A stretch of DNA of 64,000 nucleotides from Eledone cirrhosa. Lineage: Eukaryota. The translations under genes were made by a program, and so were the position numbers. The stretch is from the NCBI GenBank assembly GCA_964016885.1, contig OZ024746.1, positions 37,138,001-37,202,000 of the forward strand, in the 5' to 3' direction. The notes under the pieces were generated by a model. It ran no database searches. It was given only the letters and a program-made list of their open reading frames with translations, and was not told the DNA's origin. Shown in pieces: positions 27,541 to 40,611 of the stretch. Every line of letters begins with the position of its first letter. Within the stretch, counting starts at the first letter, position 1.

Positions 27541-28649
27541 ACCATGAATTCAATACGAATAAAATGAATGGATAAACACGAAACTGAGAAAAAGAAATTT
27601 GAAACGTACGAGAATAAATAGAATGATAATTTGTATGTGTCTGTGATTGCATAGCGAAAGACTGGAGGGAAAGAAAAATTGTTAGGATGTAAGCACAAGT
27701 TGGAAATATAGAAATAGAGGTGAAAGAAGCAAAATCGACTGTGAGAAACTGAATTAACGGTATGTAAACAATATGGAAAAGAAGAAGGTATAGGGAAGGT
27801 GAGACGTAAAAGATAAAGGCAGAAATATAGATGTATGGGAGGATAGAGAGTGTTAATATTAGATGTAGAGTGAATTAATTTAAATATATAGATAGGTAGA
27901 TTCAATAAAGCTTGGAAGGGAATCAGAACTGAGGGAAAAGAATTTAAAGTATACGCAAATAAATAAATTGTAAATCAATTATAGACAGAATGTAAAAAGA
28001 CGGAAAGGAGGATGCCGGAAAGTTATCGGAAGAGTCATTGAATGAAAGAACTTTGGAAATTATGAATTGTTGTCCATGATTTTAATAGATCTTAGTGAAC
28101 ACTGTTCGCTTTATTCGTCGTGTTTTCTTGCTGTTTCATCTTGATGCACGTGGGTTGAAACGAATGTATGTGCCGTGGTGGTGGTAGGGGTCAAGCTGTC
28201 GTCTGAGGGAACGATGTTTGATGTTAAAATTCGCTGCATGGAAGAATCGTAAGTAGAGAGGTTAAGAGTGTGGAAGAGCAAAATATACAATATAACATTT
28301 GATAAAACGACACAAAATGCAGTGTTATATATAAATAGATGGAATTAGAAAGCGGATAGATAAATTGTTAAATAGACTGTTTGAGATATAGGTATTATTA
28401 ATGGTTATACAAAAATAAAGACCTGTATAGAGCGATAGACACATTCATAATCATAAATAGGTTTATATATAGATAGATATATAGGTGTGTAGCTAAATAA
28501 ACAGACACATAGATACATAGATAGTTCTACAGATAGCGATAGCAAGAAAAATCCACCTGGTTAATGGAGGAATAATATAGTATCACTAGTGTGTATATGT
28601 CACATGATTTCGGAATTGTACGCGGAAACACCAGGGCCACAATTCACCT

Positions 28650-29540
28650 TCCGTTTGCAAATGTGTGATTTCTATTGTAATTTAGCCTAAATTAGTTATC
28701 TGTTATAACAATTACGGGATCAATTGTAAGCAATTCTCACGAGAGCTGGACAGCGGAATGGCTTCATCAAATAAGCTCAACCCTTTTATGTAAGTGATGC
28801 GGCGCTTAACTACTTTCATTCTAAAGAGCCCCTGTCGCATCTATGTTATGACTCTTTGGTACCATTTTGCTGACGCATTTTAAACCTCTTGAATAACAGA
28901 GACGTGTACATTCAAACGTGTTGTGGTTGTGTTTCTTCTCGGAGAAACCAAGTTGGATTTCATTTTCGTTGCTTCGTGCTTTCAATTATAAATTTAAGTT
29001 CAATCAACATCAGCTGATCAGCCAAGCTGGAATAGAATACGATGACCTAACTCGGGTCACTCTTCCTGGTGATTTGTGGTTGTTTTCTTCTCGTTCCCCG
29101 TAGGTCATTGTTGTCTCCATGTCCTCAATAAACCTGCTTTTCCTGACCTTGTAAGATTTGACGATGGACCTCTTTACAATGTTTAGTATCGCATACATTT
29201 CACTTTCCACAGAGGAATGCCTCTTCTCCCCAAATTAAGTTGCTTGAGGAGTCAGCAGACGTCTTGAAAGACATATGGTTTTGGGGTAGAATAGTATTGC
29301 ATGAGGCATAGGTCTCAAGACCAAGCACAAGGTTCAAGGCCTTACTTAAAATAATCAAATGTTTCCAATGTTGAGGAAGAGATGGGAGAATGTTTGGTAG
29401 TAAACAACAGTGGAGCTTTACCGAACTGTTCGCAAACAAACCTGAAGAGCAAAAGGAGGTGACCTGTACAGGATTTATGGAAGTCGAGCATACACTAGTA
29501 CTATAATCCTGTTGACGTTTTTGCGGGATACCCACAGCTT
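28650..29540 (-). mobile_element. Probable decayed LINE RT fragment (RTE-like)
   Basis: Traces of GIP.K.VN.I..LY and the region following the RT catalytic motif; heavily degraded. Confidence 0.4.
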
Positions 29541-31310
29541 AATTCATTGAGCATTGTTATTCAGAAATATGTATTGTATTTAAACCTTTGTAATATATGC
29601 GGTGAAAGATCAAAGCTGATTTGGAAGTAAATGACGACTAATAAGTGCATTCTTTCAACAATCATCCCTGTATTTCACTTCAGTGAACTAACGAACATTT
29701 GAAACCCTGGGTAAGTGTTTAATGGTTGTAGAAGTGCTCTTATATTTCATTACATTCTTATCGACGAGTAACCAAAATATGCCGAGCATATACTTCATGT
29801 TTTGCTAGCAAACATATATAGTGGAATCATTAGTTTTATGGTGACAAATATTATTTTCAATAACGTTAATTTATTCCAATGCATGCTAAATCATATGCTA
29901 AATCTTTAAATGTTTTTCATATAGCTAAAGAGTTACAAAACTTTTCAATCTAAATATAGTTATATAAACATCACGGTTCTCACAGGATTTCCACAACCAT
30001 CACACATATGTTCAGCTTCAATACGGTGCAGTTAGATATTATTCTGAATTTTCTTGTTTAACGAAAGTTTACTCCATATAATCACAACTTGAATATTTTC
30101 TCCATCGGCATGAACAGAAAACTTAATATTCCCTCTAATTTCTCCAATAGATTAACGATTGATTTTTCAGTTCTTCAGAAGTCTGTAGTTGTGTAAGAGT
30201 AAATTTAAATATTTAAACAGAATTGAAAATATAAATAGAAATGTTTCAGTGTGGTAGTGCGTCAGATATAAATGATAACCGCAGTAATGCATAATATAGC
30301 ATCTGAAATATAACTAATGTTACAAAATATCGATTTTGTCTAATTTTTATATCATAGATTATATTGATTAAGTATATATATATATATATATGTGTATATA
30401 TATATATATTTTTTTTTTCTAAATATGATAGAGTATAATTATGTTCAGGAAATATATAATGTATAAATATTTTCTAAATTATATATCATTGTGTTGCTAG
30501 TACGTGGAGTCACAAATGTAATGCACCTGTTGATAAACATTACATTTTCCTGTTGTGTTGTTTAATGTTATACAATGCTATCTAGAATGTCCAAAAATAT
30601 TGAAGTTAAAAATTAAAAGAGATGATAATGTCTATAGTAAATAGCTCTCGAAATATTTGGATATTGAAAACATTCGTTAAATCTACTAACCTGGTTGGGT
30701 TTATAGCGAAAGGAGATTGCAACAAATCGGTATCAACCATCAATGCAATCATTATATCCTTATTTCATCATATATTAATTTCATATCGTAATCCTACCTG
30801 TAATGAGTCAAAATATATGTAATAGTTTACTCAAAGTACAACTTGAATGTGGAACATTTAGATGTGCTTGTCCATGAGCGCAACACACAAAAAAAATATT
30901 TTAAATGCGGATGTAATTTACTATAAACGGCCTAACAAAAATGAAAATGAGTCACGTATATATGTTATTAGTTTTATTGTCGTTTTTATAAACATAAAGT
31001 AGATTTAACTCCATGGCGACTATAAACAAAAAATATATGTATTAAGATTCCTTAAAAAGAAAAAAAAAAAAAAACGGTTTGCATGATGAAGAAATATAAT
31101 GTCTATAATGCCAGCTATATTTATACGAATATATAGAAAAGTAATATTACAATTACAAATGAAAAAATGAAAAGAAAATTGTTTGGCTATGAATCTCTCT
31201 CACTCTGTCTCTATATCACTGTTTCTTTCTCTATTTATCTTTTCATTGAGAAATACATTGACACACACATACATAAATCTATAAATAAATATATACATAT
31301 ATATATATAA

Positions 31311-31354
<44 letters not shown>

Positions 31355-31902
31355 ATACATATATATATATATATATAACAACACGTATGCATATACATAT
31401 TAGTTGCTGTCAAACGTAGGGAGTCCTATATCATTATTTGATAAATATGTTATGGATAATGACGTAGCAGCATATATATCCAATATTTGGTTTTAATTTT
31501 AACTCACCAGTTTTAACCAAAATGTATTCATGATAAACAGGTTAAACAGTAATTAATATCTATTTGTAAAAAACCTTGTTTTTATCATAATTACATGTAT
31601 GGGGCATATACCATCGGCGTATATTTTAAAATAGTCTCGGTTTCAATAGAGTCCTTGTTAAAAGGAGAATCATTCGTAAATGTAAAGATGAATATACAGA
31701 AGAATAAATGCATAAACGCCGGAAGATGTTTATTGAACTACACGGAAATAGCCGAGCGCATATACGGCCACATAAACGCACACACTTACACACACGTTGT
31801 CATCGGTACAACCAATCGTGTCAACATGTGTTCCTGCATTTGTGTTTCATAATATACTACCCCTCCTCCATATATATGTACACACACACACACACACACA
31901 TA

Positions 31903-31954
<52 letters not shown>

Positions 31955-31957
<3 letters not shown>

Positions 31958-33133
31958 AGAGAGATATATTTTAACTTTAATTATATCTCATAAAAGAATA
32001 CAACTGGCTTTCCACAAAATACATATAGTTAGCACCCCACACTTAAATTGGGTTTATACTAACATATAACCTAATGTTTTTTGAGTGAGATGGTTACCAG
32101 TCTGAGTGTAGCTTTAAGCTATCTCTGTTATTGTATTAAATATTTTACTCTTGATTTGGCCAGAGGTATTTATTTCCAGGTACCTTATAAACATGACTTT
32201 CCGTATCTATTACTGTTATGAGATATGGAGGTTTTTTTGGTTGTCATTTCTCTGTTTTTAGCCTAAGAAAATATATATATGCATGTGTATATAATTACAT
32301 GCATACATTTATTTTTTTTTAATTAATTGAGTTCCTAACACGTGGAATGGATATTAGTTTTGAAATAACTAATTAGCCCGCGTGTATTAAATATTTTCCT
32401 CTTAATTTGGCCAGATATTTACATTCCCAATCGCCTTTTAAAGCGGTACTTTCTGTATTTGCTACGGTTTGAGATGCGGCACGTTATTGGGGTATCACTT
32501 CTGTTTTTAGCCTAAGAAAATATCTATATGCGTGTGTAATTAATACACGCATACATTTATTTTTTTAATTTCAATTGAGTTCTTAACACGTTAGATTGAT
32601 AATGTTTTTGAAAAAAACTAATTAAACCACGTGTTTATTATTTTATTTTCTTGTGAATCGTGGTTGTCTCTCTTTCCCGCTTAGTGACGCTATGATACTT
32701 CCTCAGTCAAAGGACTGCTAGAATTTCAAATTTGGCGGTCATTCGATGCGTGAAGGAGCAGCTTAGCAGACACGATTTTTAACTGCGGTAAGAATTTTTT
32801 CTTATATCAAAGTTTAATGGACTTCCACTGAAGATTTTTAAGTGCCCACCTAAATATATTCTTCATGAATATATGTTAGGCTTCTACATAAACTGGAAAC
32901 ATTCTCCCAATTTGTAGAAAACTTATAATGAAACAATTGTTTGGAAAGAAAGATATATTTTAACTTTAATGATATCTCTTAAAATAATACAACTGGCTTT
33001 CCACAAAATACATATAGTTAGCACCCCAAACACTTAAATTGGGTTTATACAAACATATAACCTAATGTTTGTTGAGTGAGATGGTTACCAGTCGGAGTTT
33101 AGCTCTAAGCTATCTCTGTTATTGTATTAAATA
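31955..33133. mobile_element. Non-coding element bounded by about 190-bp direct repeats, with an internal 250-bp tandem duplication
   Basis: Direct repeats 31955-32143 / 32944-33133; tandem 32132-32382 / 32383-32640; (TA)n at both ends. Confidence 0.7.
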
Positions 33134-33177
33134 TATATATATATATATGTACATTAAACATAAATTCAGCGAACATC

Positions 33178-33863
33178 GTATTTCGCTGGTAGAAAAAGCG
33201 AAACGAAACGCAAAATCGTAGATATGATGGCAAGAGTTCCAATAGTTAAGAAAACTAGAGCTAAACAATATGTTATAACGCCATACAAACTGAAAAATAT
33301 GTCAAGAAGGCATTAACCACCTAAGCCAAAAGACAAATCAAGCTAAACAGGTCAAACAAAATAAATTCATAAAAACAGACCTGGACCCAAATGGAATTGA
33401 TGGTAAAATCCAAATGCAGGCTTTCTATGGCACCTAAATCAATAATACTGTCTTCTTAAAACTATAAGCTTTTAGCATAATGATCGAACACGGAATATCA
33501 CGTTATCAACAGGTATTTTGCTCTGCACCAACTTTGTGAATGACGTAGAACGTTGTAAAAGCACATGTGAAACTCACAATGGGAAAAACCCCAGATTTTG
33601 GCAAATGAATTCAGTATGTGTATATCATGCAAAAAATTGCATAGATAGCACAAATCGAATAAGCACTCAACCGGGTAGTTTTAAAATAAACTTATGCAAT
33701 CAATCTATAAATTGAATTATTAACAGGTTAATTGTAAGACTCGGGAGATTAATACAACTATAGTTTCACCTAGAATGGTATTTCGGCTGGTAGAAAAAGC
33801 TAAACGAAACGCAAAATCGTAGATATGCTGGCAAGCATTCCACAATTAAGAATACTAGAGCGA

Positions 33864-33868
<5 letters not shown>
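33178..33868. repeat. 600-bp unit with about 90-bp terminal redundancy
   Basis: GTATTTCG(G)CTGGTAGAAAAAGC.AAACGAAACGCAAAATCGTAGATATG... at 33178 and 33778; (TA)n nearby on both sides. Confidence 0.7.
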
Positions 33869-33907
<39 letters not shown>

Positions 33908-33914
<7 letters not shown>

Positions 33915-34262
33915 GTGAGGTTTTTTTTACAAAATGAAAAATAACCGAGGTGTCCTACACGAGTGGAAGTATAAAGAAAAAGGGATGAAATCGAAAATGC
34001 AACTGAAGTCTTATTTTTTTAAAAAATATATATATTTATTTGGTTCCTTTACCGGTTTCGCAGTTCTTCTGCTTTTCAAAAGGTGAGTTGAGATGGAGGG
34101 TCTGTGGTTTTTCTCACATCTGTGAGAAAAACCACAGACCCTCCATCTCAACTCACCTTTTGAAAAGCAGAAGAACTGCGAAACCGGTAAAGGAACCAAA
34201 TAAATATATATATTTTTTTAAAAAATAAGACTTCAGTTGCATTTTCGATTTCATCCCTTTTT

Positions 34263-34269
<7 letters not shown>
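33908..34269. mobile_element. Family U near-perfect 300-bp palindrome with a 62-bp tail
   Basis: Axis 34119/34120; arms span 33970-34269; tail 33908-33969; (TA)n flanks. Confidence 0.9.
34156..34193 (+). ncRNA. Minimal hammerhead ribozyme with U3-A8 variant core
   Basis: CCTT TTGAAAA GCAG AAGAA CTGC GAAA CCGG TA AAGG; mirror at 34046-34083; third copy at 51486-51523. Confidence 0.8.
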
Positions 34270-34319
<50 letters not shown>

Positions 34320-34324
<5 letters not shown>

Positions 34325-34483
34325 ATAATTCGGGAGGGTCATGCTGTCAATACAAACATATGCATCTTTTGGATATATTAAATTTTCCCAGTTGATTGGA
34401 AGTTTGTTTATCTATTTTTCTCAAGGTTCTTACATCACCCATTCTGTGACTTTCTCAGTCACTAATTTAATATTTTGTTCAGA

Positions 34484-34485
<2 letters not shown>
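34320..34485 (-). mobile_element. Diverged 3' end of an A/B-related PLE
   Basis: Ends ATGACCCTCCCGAATTATAACA(TA)n like families A and B; degenerate HHR GACTGAGAAAGTCACAGAATGGGTGATGTAAGAAC. Confidence 0.6.
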
Positions 34486-34550
<65 letters not shown>

Positions 34551-34891
34551 AAAACGTGCTGCATGGTTGCTAATGGGTTACATATGAATAAAGTTAGTCC
34601 TTCATCAGTGATCTTCCAACTATCATTGGTATTTCATCGCTTTAAAGACCATAAATAAAGGGAACACGAGTGTAAACAAACAAAATGGTGAAGCAACGAA
34701 AAGTGAGGAAGAAGGAGTCAAGTCCCCAATTTCTATGAATTTAAATTCGGTGAAATCGTGAACGAGAGAGAATAAAGACCATCAAACCTGGTTGCAATGT
34801 AAGCCAGGAAGGAATTCCGTACAGGTCTAACGGGAGGAAGAAAGGATCTAGTCTGTGATTTCGGTGAACGTAAGTTCTGTGAAATCGTAGA

Positions 34892-34954
<63 letters not shown>

Positions 34955-34961
<7 letters not shown>

Positions 34962-35139
34962 GTGAGGTTTTTTTTTACAAAATGAAAAATAACCGAGGTG
35001 TCCTACATGAGTGAATGTATAAAGAAAAAGAGATGAAATCGAAAATGCAGCTGGAGTCTTATTTTTTTTTAAATATATATATTTATTTATATTTAAAAAA
35101 AAAATAAGACTCCAGTTGCATTTTCGATTTCATCTCTTT

Positions 35140-35147
<8 letters not shown>
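34955..35147. mobile_element. Family U short fold-back with the same tail and end point
   Basis: Tail 34955-35017; arms span 35018-35147; folds back before reaching the HHR. Confidence 0.85.
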
Positions 35148-35211
<64 letters not shown>

Positions 35212-35299
35212 ATATACATACAAATATACATATACATATGTGTGTGTGTATGTGTGTATTGATGTGTTTACGTATGTGTGTCTGCGCCTGTGTGCTTGT

Positions 35300-36212
35300 C
35301 GGAGAACCGACAAAGCATTTACAGAACACCTAATATTTGCCGAAGTTTATTACATTTGGATCGATTTTGAATCGTGCTAACACTTTTACACATAAACTAG
35401 CCGTTAACTGTTACCCAAGTTAATAATAATGAAATATTTCAAAAAGGATTATAGAACAGAAAGTGCTCACTAACAACAAACGATTACTAACCCGGTAATA
35501 TTGCTAGTAGTCTGCAACTACGTGTCCGTTCAACATAATTCAGCTCACTAAGTTTTTCCTTATGCCCCCGCAATTCCTCCATCTACCAAGCTAGTCTATA
35601 TTACATTAACTCTAGCATTCTACTTCCATCCCTCTTCGCACATCTCTAACTTCACCTAAACGAAGGATCAAGCGTAAAACTGATACCACGTTTGAATATG
35701 TTTTATTGGCATTTTCTTTCTTGTCTCTTTTCTTCCAGATCATTTTAGTCAATCCACACAATTTCCCGTCTACCGCTCATACTACATTCCTACACACACC
35801 CAGCTCCTGTCCTCTCTTTCATTATTGTTTCCATACCTACACAAACGTTCAGTGTATCGCACACAACGCCAACGACTACAATATAAGTATATATATATAA
35901 ATATATAGTAATACTAATAAATTTGAAGACTAAAATCCAAAGAGATAAGGATAAATATATATCAAATATATAAGAACCGTAGAGCAAGTATTTATTAAGA
36001 GGGAGGGAAGTAGAAGTAGATGGAAGAGGGATGGAAGTAGAATGCTAGAGTTAATGTAATATAGACTAGGTTGGTAGATAGAGGAATTGCGGGGGCATAA
36101 GTAAACATTTAGTCAGCTGAATTATGTTGAACGGACACGTTGTTGCAGACTACGAGCAATATTCCTGGGTTAGTAACCGTTAGTTGTTAATGAGCACTGT
36201 TAGTTCTATAAT

Positions 36213-36217
<5 letters not shown>
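35300..36217. mobile_element. Older inverted-repeat element
   Basis: Arms about 35446-35637 / 36023-36216; right arm ends in (TA)n; probable tail on the left. Confidence 0.65.
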
Positions 36218-36251
<34 letters not shown>

Positions 36252-36378
36252 GAGAGAATTGGGAGTGTGTAACACTCCACTTATCAAATAGGCAGTATAT
36301 GGTTAGCTCAATTTCAGAGGACAGAGCCGTAATACAATTAACAACAAAGAGCGCTTAGAACATAGGTATATCTTTAAT

Positions 36379-36424
36379 TGCTAACAGTGTTTCGTCCACA
36401 CTAGAAGTGGGACTCTTCAGAGCA
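36379..36424 (-). ncRNA. Hammerhead ribozyme (family K, mirror)
   Basis: Reverse complement of 38931-38976. Confidence 0.85.
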
Positions 36425-37625
36425 TAAAGAGTGAATACATAGTATACAAGCATTGACAAAGCCAAAACAGAAGAATATATGTGGGGATACCATAAGTTGG
36501 GAGGAGTTTAAAGAGTAAAGTAAAAGGAGCAAAATAAGAAGAGTAAAATAAAAATAAACATAATACGATTAATAAAAAAAAGAGAAGATTAAGAATAAAA
36601 ATAAAAATAAAAATAAAAATAAAAATAAAAATAAAAATAAAAATAAAAATAAAAAAAAATAAAAATAAAAATAAAAATAAAAATAAGAAAAAAAAAAATA
36701 AAATGAAAAATGAAAAAAAAAAAAAAAAGATAAAAAAAAAAAAAAATAAAAAATAAATAAAAAATAAAAAATAAAAAATAAAAGATAAAAAATAAAAAAT
36801 AAAAAATAAAAAATAAATAATAAAAAATAAGAAATGTTATCACTCACAGTTGGGCAGGGTTACGTTAACATACCGCTACATACAATGATATGCATAAGCA
36901 TGAGCACCCGCATGCACCTACACACAAGCACCCGTATGCAACACATACAGTATACACTAATACAAATAACATATCATAGACGGATGGGCACAAGTTAAGA
37001 GGTAGAGATAGATAAAAAATAGATAAGAGGTAGATAAAAAATAGATACAAAATAGATAGATAATAGATAAAAAATAGATAAAAAATAGATAAAAAAATAG
37101 ATAAAAAATAGATAAAAAATAGATAAAAAATAGATAAAAATAAATAAAAAATAAAAAATAGATAAAAAATTAGCAGTTAGCCACAGTTCAACAATAGAGT
37201 GTTCAAATGAGATTTTCCATGAGCAGATGCTATGTCCGCACTAGATTGAGTTGACCATTACAATGCAATGGAAACATCCCATGTTGGACACCTGTGGATT
37301 GAACTTTGGAGTGTGAACTTCTGGGACTGTCCAACCTGGGACGTTTCCATTGCATTGTAATGGTCAACTCAATCTAGTGCGGACATAGCATCTGCTCATG
37401 GAAAATCTCATTTGAACACTCTATTGTTGAACTGTGGCTAACTGCAACACCTAAGGCGTTCGTGTCCTGATATATTCCATATATCACCATGAGTCAACAC
37501 TAGTGTCACCTTAGGATTTCTATAATAATATTATTATTACATGCCCTAATAATTACCATCTTGATTACCCTTATTACATCTTTTTACCCCCAGTTACATC
37601 TTTATAAATATACATTACTTGGAAC

Positions 37626-37672
<47 letters not shown>

Positions 37673-38930
37673 TCATATATACATCTCTTTTATATATATT
37701 TTTTATATATATTTTTGTATATATATTTTTGTGTATTTTATGTGTTGTACGTATATCACTTGTTGAACATAGCTCGTTAGCTTATGCATTTGCCAGTCTT
37801 ATCTTTACCCACACCTTCCTTTATGGTGTATATTTTACTCCATTTTTTTGGTGTATTGTTTTATTTATCTTCTGGTGTATATTGTACTTTACTTTATATG
37901 ATTTTATTTAATTTAATTTAATTTTATATAATTTTATCTTATTTTTTATTTTTTATTTTTTTTTTATTTTTTATTTTGTATCTTTTATCTATTTTTTAGC
38001 TATTTTTTAGTTTTTTTTCTATTTCTTAGCTATTTTTATCTATTTTTATCTATTTTTTATCTATTTTTTATCTATTTTTTTTATCTTTTTTTATATATTT
38101 TTATATATTTCTATATATTTCTATATATTTTTATCTATTTTTTATCTATTTTTTTATCTATTTTTTTATCTATTTTTATCTATTTTTCTATTTTTTATCT
38201 ATTTTTTTTTTTCTATTTTTTATATATTTTTTATCTATTTTTTCTATTCTTTATCTATTTTTATTTATTTTTTTATTTTTTTTTTATTTATTTACTTTTT
38301 TTTTATCTATTTTTTTTCTATTTTTAATCTATTTTTATCTATCTTTTATCTACCTCTTATCTATTTTTTATCTATCTCTACCTCTTAACTTGTGCCCATC
38401 CGTCTATATGTTATTTGTATTAGTGTATACTGTATGTGTTGCATACGGGTGCTTGTGTGTAGGTGCATGCGGGTGCTCATGCTTATGCATATAATTGTAT
38501 GTAGCTGTATGTTAACGTAACCCTGCCCAACTGTGAGTGATAACATTTCTTATTTTTTATTATTTATTTTTTATTTTTTATTTTTTATCTTTTATTTTTT
38601 ATCATTTTTTATTTTTTATTTTTTATCTTTTATTTTTTATCTTTTATTTTTTATTTTATTTTTCATTTTTCATTTTATTTTTTTATTTTTATTTTTATTT
38701 TTATTTTTATTTTTATTTTTATTTTTATTTTTATTCTTAATCTTATTCTCTTTTTTTATTCTTTTTTTAATTCTTAATCGTATTCTTATTCTTATGTTTA
38801 TTTTTATTTTACTCTTCTTATTTTGCTCCTTTTACTTTGCTCTTTAAACTCCTCCCAACATATGGTATCCCCACATATATTCTTCTGTTTTGGCTTTGTC
38901 AATGATTGTATACTATGTATTCACTCTTCA

Positions 38931-38976
38931 TGCTCTGAAGAGTCCCACTTCTAGTGTGGACGAAACACTGTTAGCA
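38931..38976 (+). ncRNA. Hammerhead ribozyme (family K)
   Basis: TGCT CTGAAGA GTCC CACTTCTAGTG T GGAC GAAA CACTG TT AGCA: canonical core and all three stems. Confidence 0.88.
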
Positions 38977-39036
38977 ATTAAAGATATACCTATGTTCTAA
39001 GCGCTCTTTGTTGTTAATTGTATATATATATATGTA

Positions 39037-39117
<81 letters not shown>

Positions 39118-39399
39118 CTGTGTCTATGTATGTATATAAAAGATAAACATACATAACAACACAAATGGTAGAATATACATATATGCACATATATATATAT
39201 GTGTGTATGTTTGTGTCTGTGAGTGTGTGTGTGCGCGTGTGTGTTTGTTTTCTCTTGTACCTGTTTGCGTTAGGGAAGCCGGAAATCTATGAATATAATT
39301 CAGCTTATCACGCGATCCTTGTTTAGGTACAGAATGCCTAGTTAACTGGCTTTCAAATATCTGAAGCCAAATATGTACTATTATTATTGCGGATTTCCC

Positions 39400-39777
39400 A
39401 TGAATTGGCAGAATGGGTATATGATCGGACGCCATACTTTGCAACATAGAGTTACGGCCCTTTATGATCTGAGTTCAAATCCTGCCGAGGTTAACTTTGC
39501 CTTTCATCCTTATGGGGTCGATAAAATAAAGTACCAGTAATGCACTGGGTAATTACTGGCCTTGGGCCAAAAGTAGAAACAATTATTGTTGAATAGCAGT
39601 ATGGTTAGGGGGTCAGTCACCATGCTTTGTAGGATAGATGCATGAACCTTTAAGTTTTGTGTTCAAATTCCACCGAGTTTAACGTTGTCTTTTATCCTTA
39701 AGGGGTCGATAAAATAAAGCACCCGTAATGTACTTGGGTAATTGCTGGCCTTGTGCCAACATAAGAAACAGTTATTA
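39400..39777 (+). mobile_element. Two tandem tRNA-derived SINE copies
   Basis: Same B box, core and tail as 18291-18475, twice (about 39400-39587 and 39590-39777). Confidence 0.82.
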
Positions 39778-39947
39778 TAGCCCCTTGCGTTGGTATTATA
39801 TACAGGCACTGAAACATACACAAAAACTCATACCTACATACGTACACACTTACACCCACACACACATTTATATACATACATATATGTGTCTCTGCGTGTA
39901 TGTATTCATACATATATATGTATGTATATATATTATATATATACATA

Positions 39948-40006
<59 letters not shown>

Positions 40007-40009
<3 letters not shown>

Positions 40010-40346
40010 AAAGTTCTATTTAAAATTGTTGGGATACAACAAGTAAATATTTTTATAACTGATATAAAGCACTCGACAAATTTTTGGAGTAGATATACGA
40101 TATTAATAAATATACGATATTAATAATTGTGCTTAACACAATGACTTATTATATGAACAAATCACTATCCAGACAGCCTCCAAAAGTAATGGTTGTATTT
40201 TAAAGGGTACGTCAAACCTATTTGTAAAACTGTTGTGTATTGTGTTTTGTCTGATGAAGGCATACCATAATTTAATGTGGTATCCCTGAAATATGTATAA
40301 TGAAATAAATATGGTTTTATAAATATAGTTTCCCTTTATTAATATC

Positions 40347-40350
<4 letters not shown>
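40007..40350 (+). mobile_element. Family F element with inverted end snippets and probable tail; HHR at 40244-40306
   Basis: GTTTTGT CTGATGA AGGCATACCATA..TGTGGTATCCCT GAAA TATGTA TA ATGAAAT; TACGATATTAATAA occurs twice at about 40096-40126 as the inverse of the 3' end. Confidence 0.82.
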
Positions 40351-40395
<45 letters not shown>

Positions 40396-40438
40396 CTTAC
40401 ACACAGACACACATACACACAGACATACATATATGTAT

Positions 40439-40611
<173 letters not shown>

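Larger units (their letters stand above)
36249..39023. mobile_element. Large tailed inverted-repeat HHR element (family K)
   Basis: Outer arms 36333 to about 37170 / about 37970-39023; central hairpin 37173-37445; tail 36249-36332; (TA)n flanks. Confidence 0.85.

Noticed and set aside
36540-38340. CRISPR-like or coding repeat array
   Set aside because: Simple A-rich 6-11-mer repeats without unique spacers, in a eukaryotic context.
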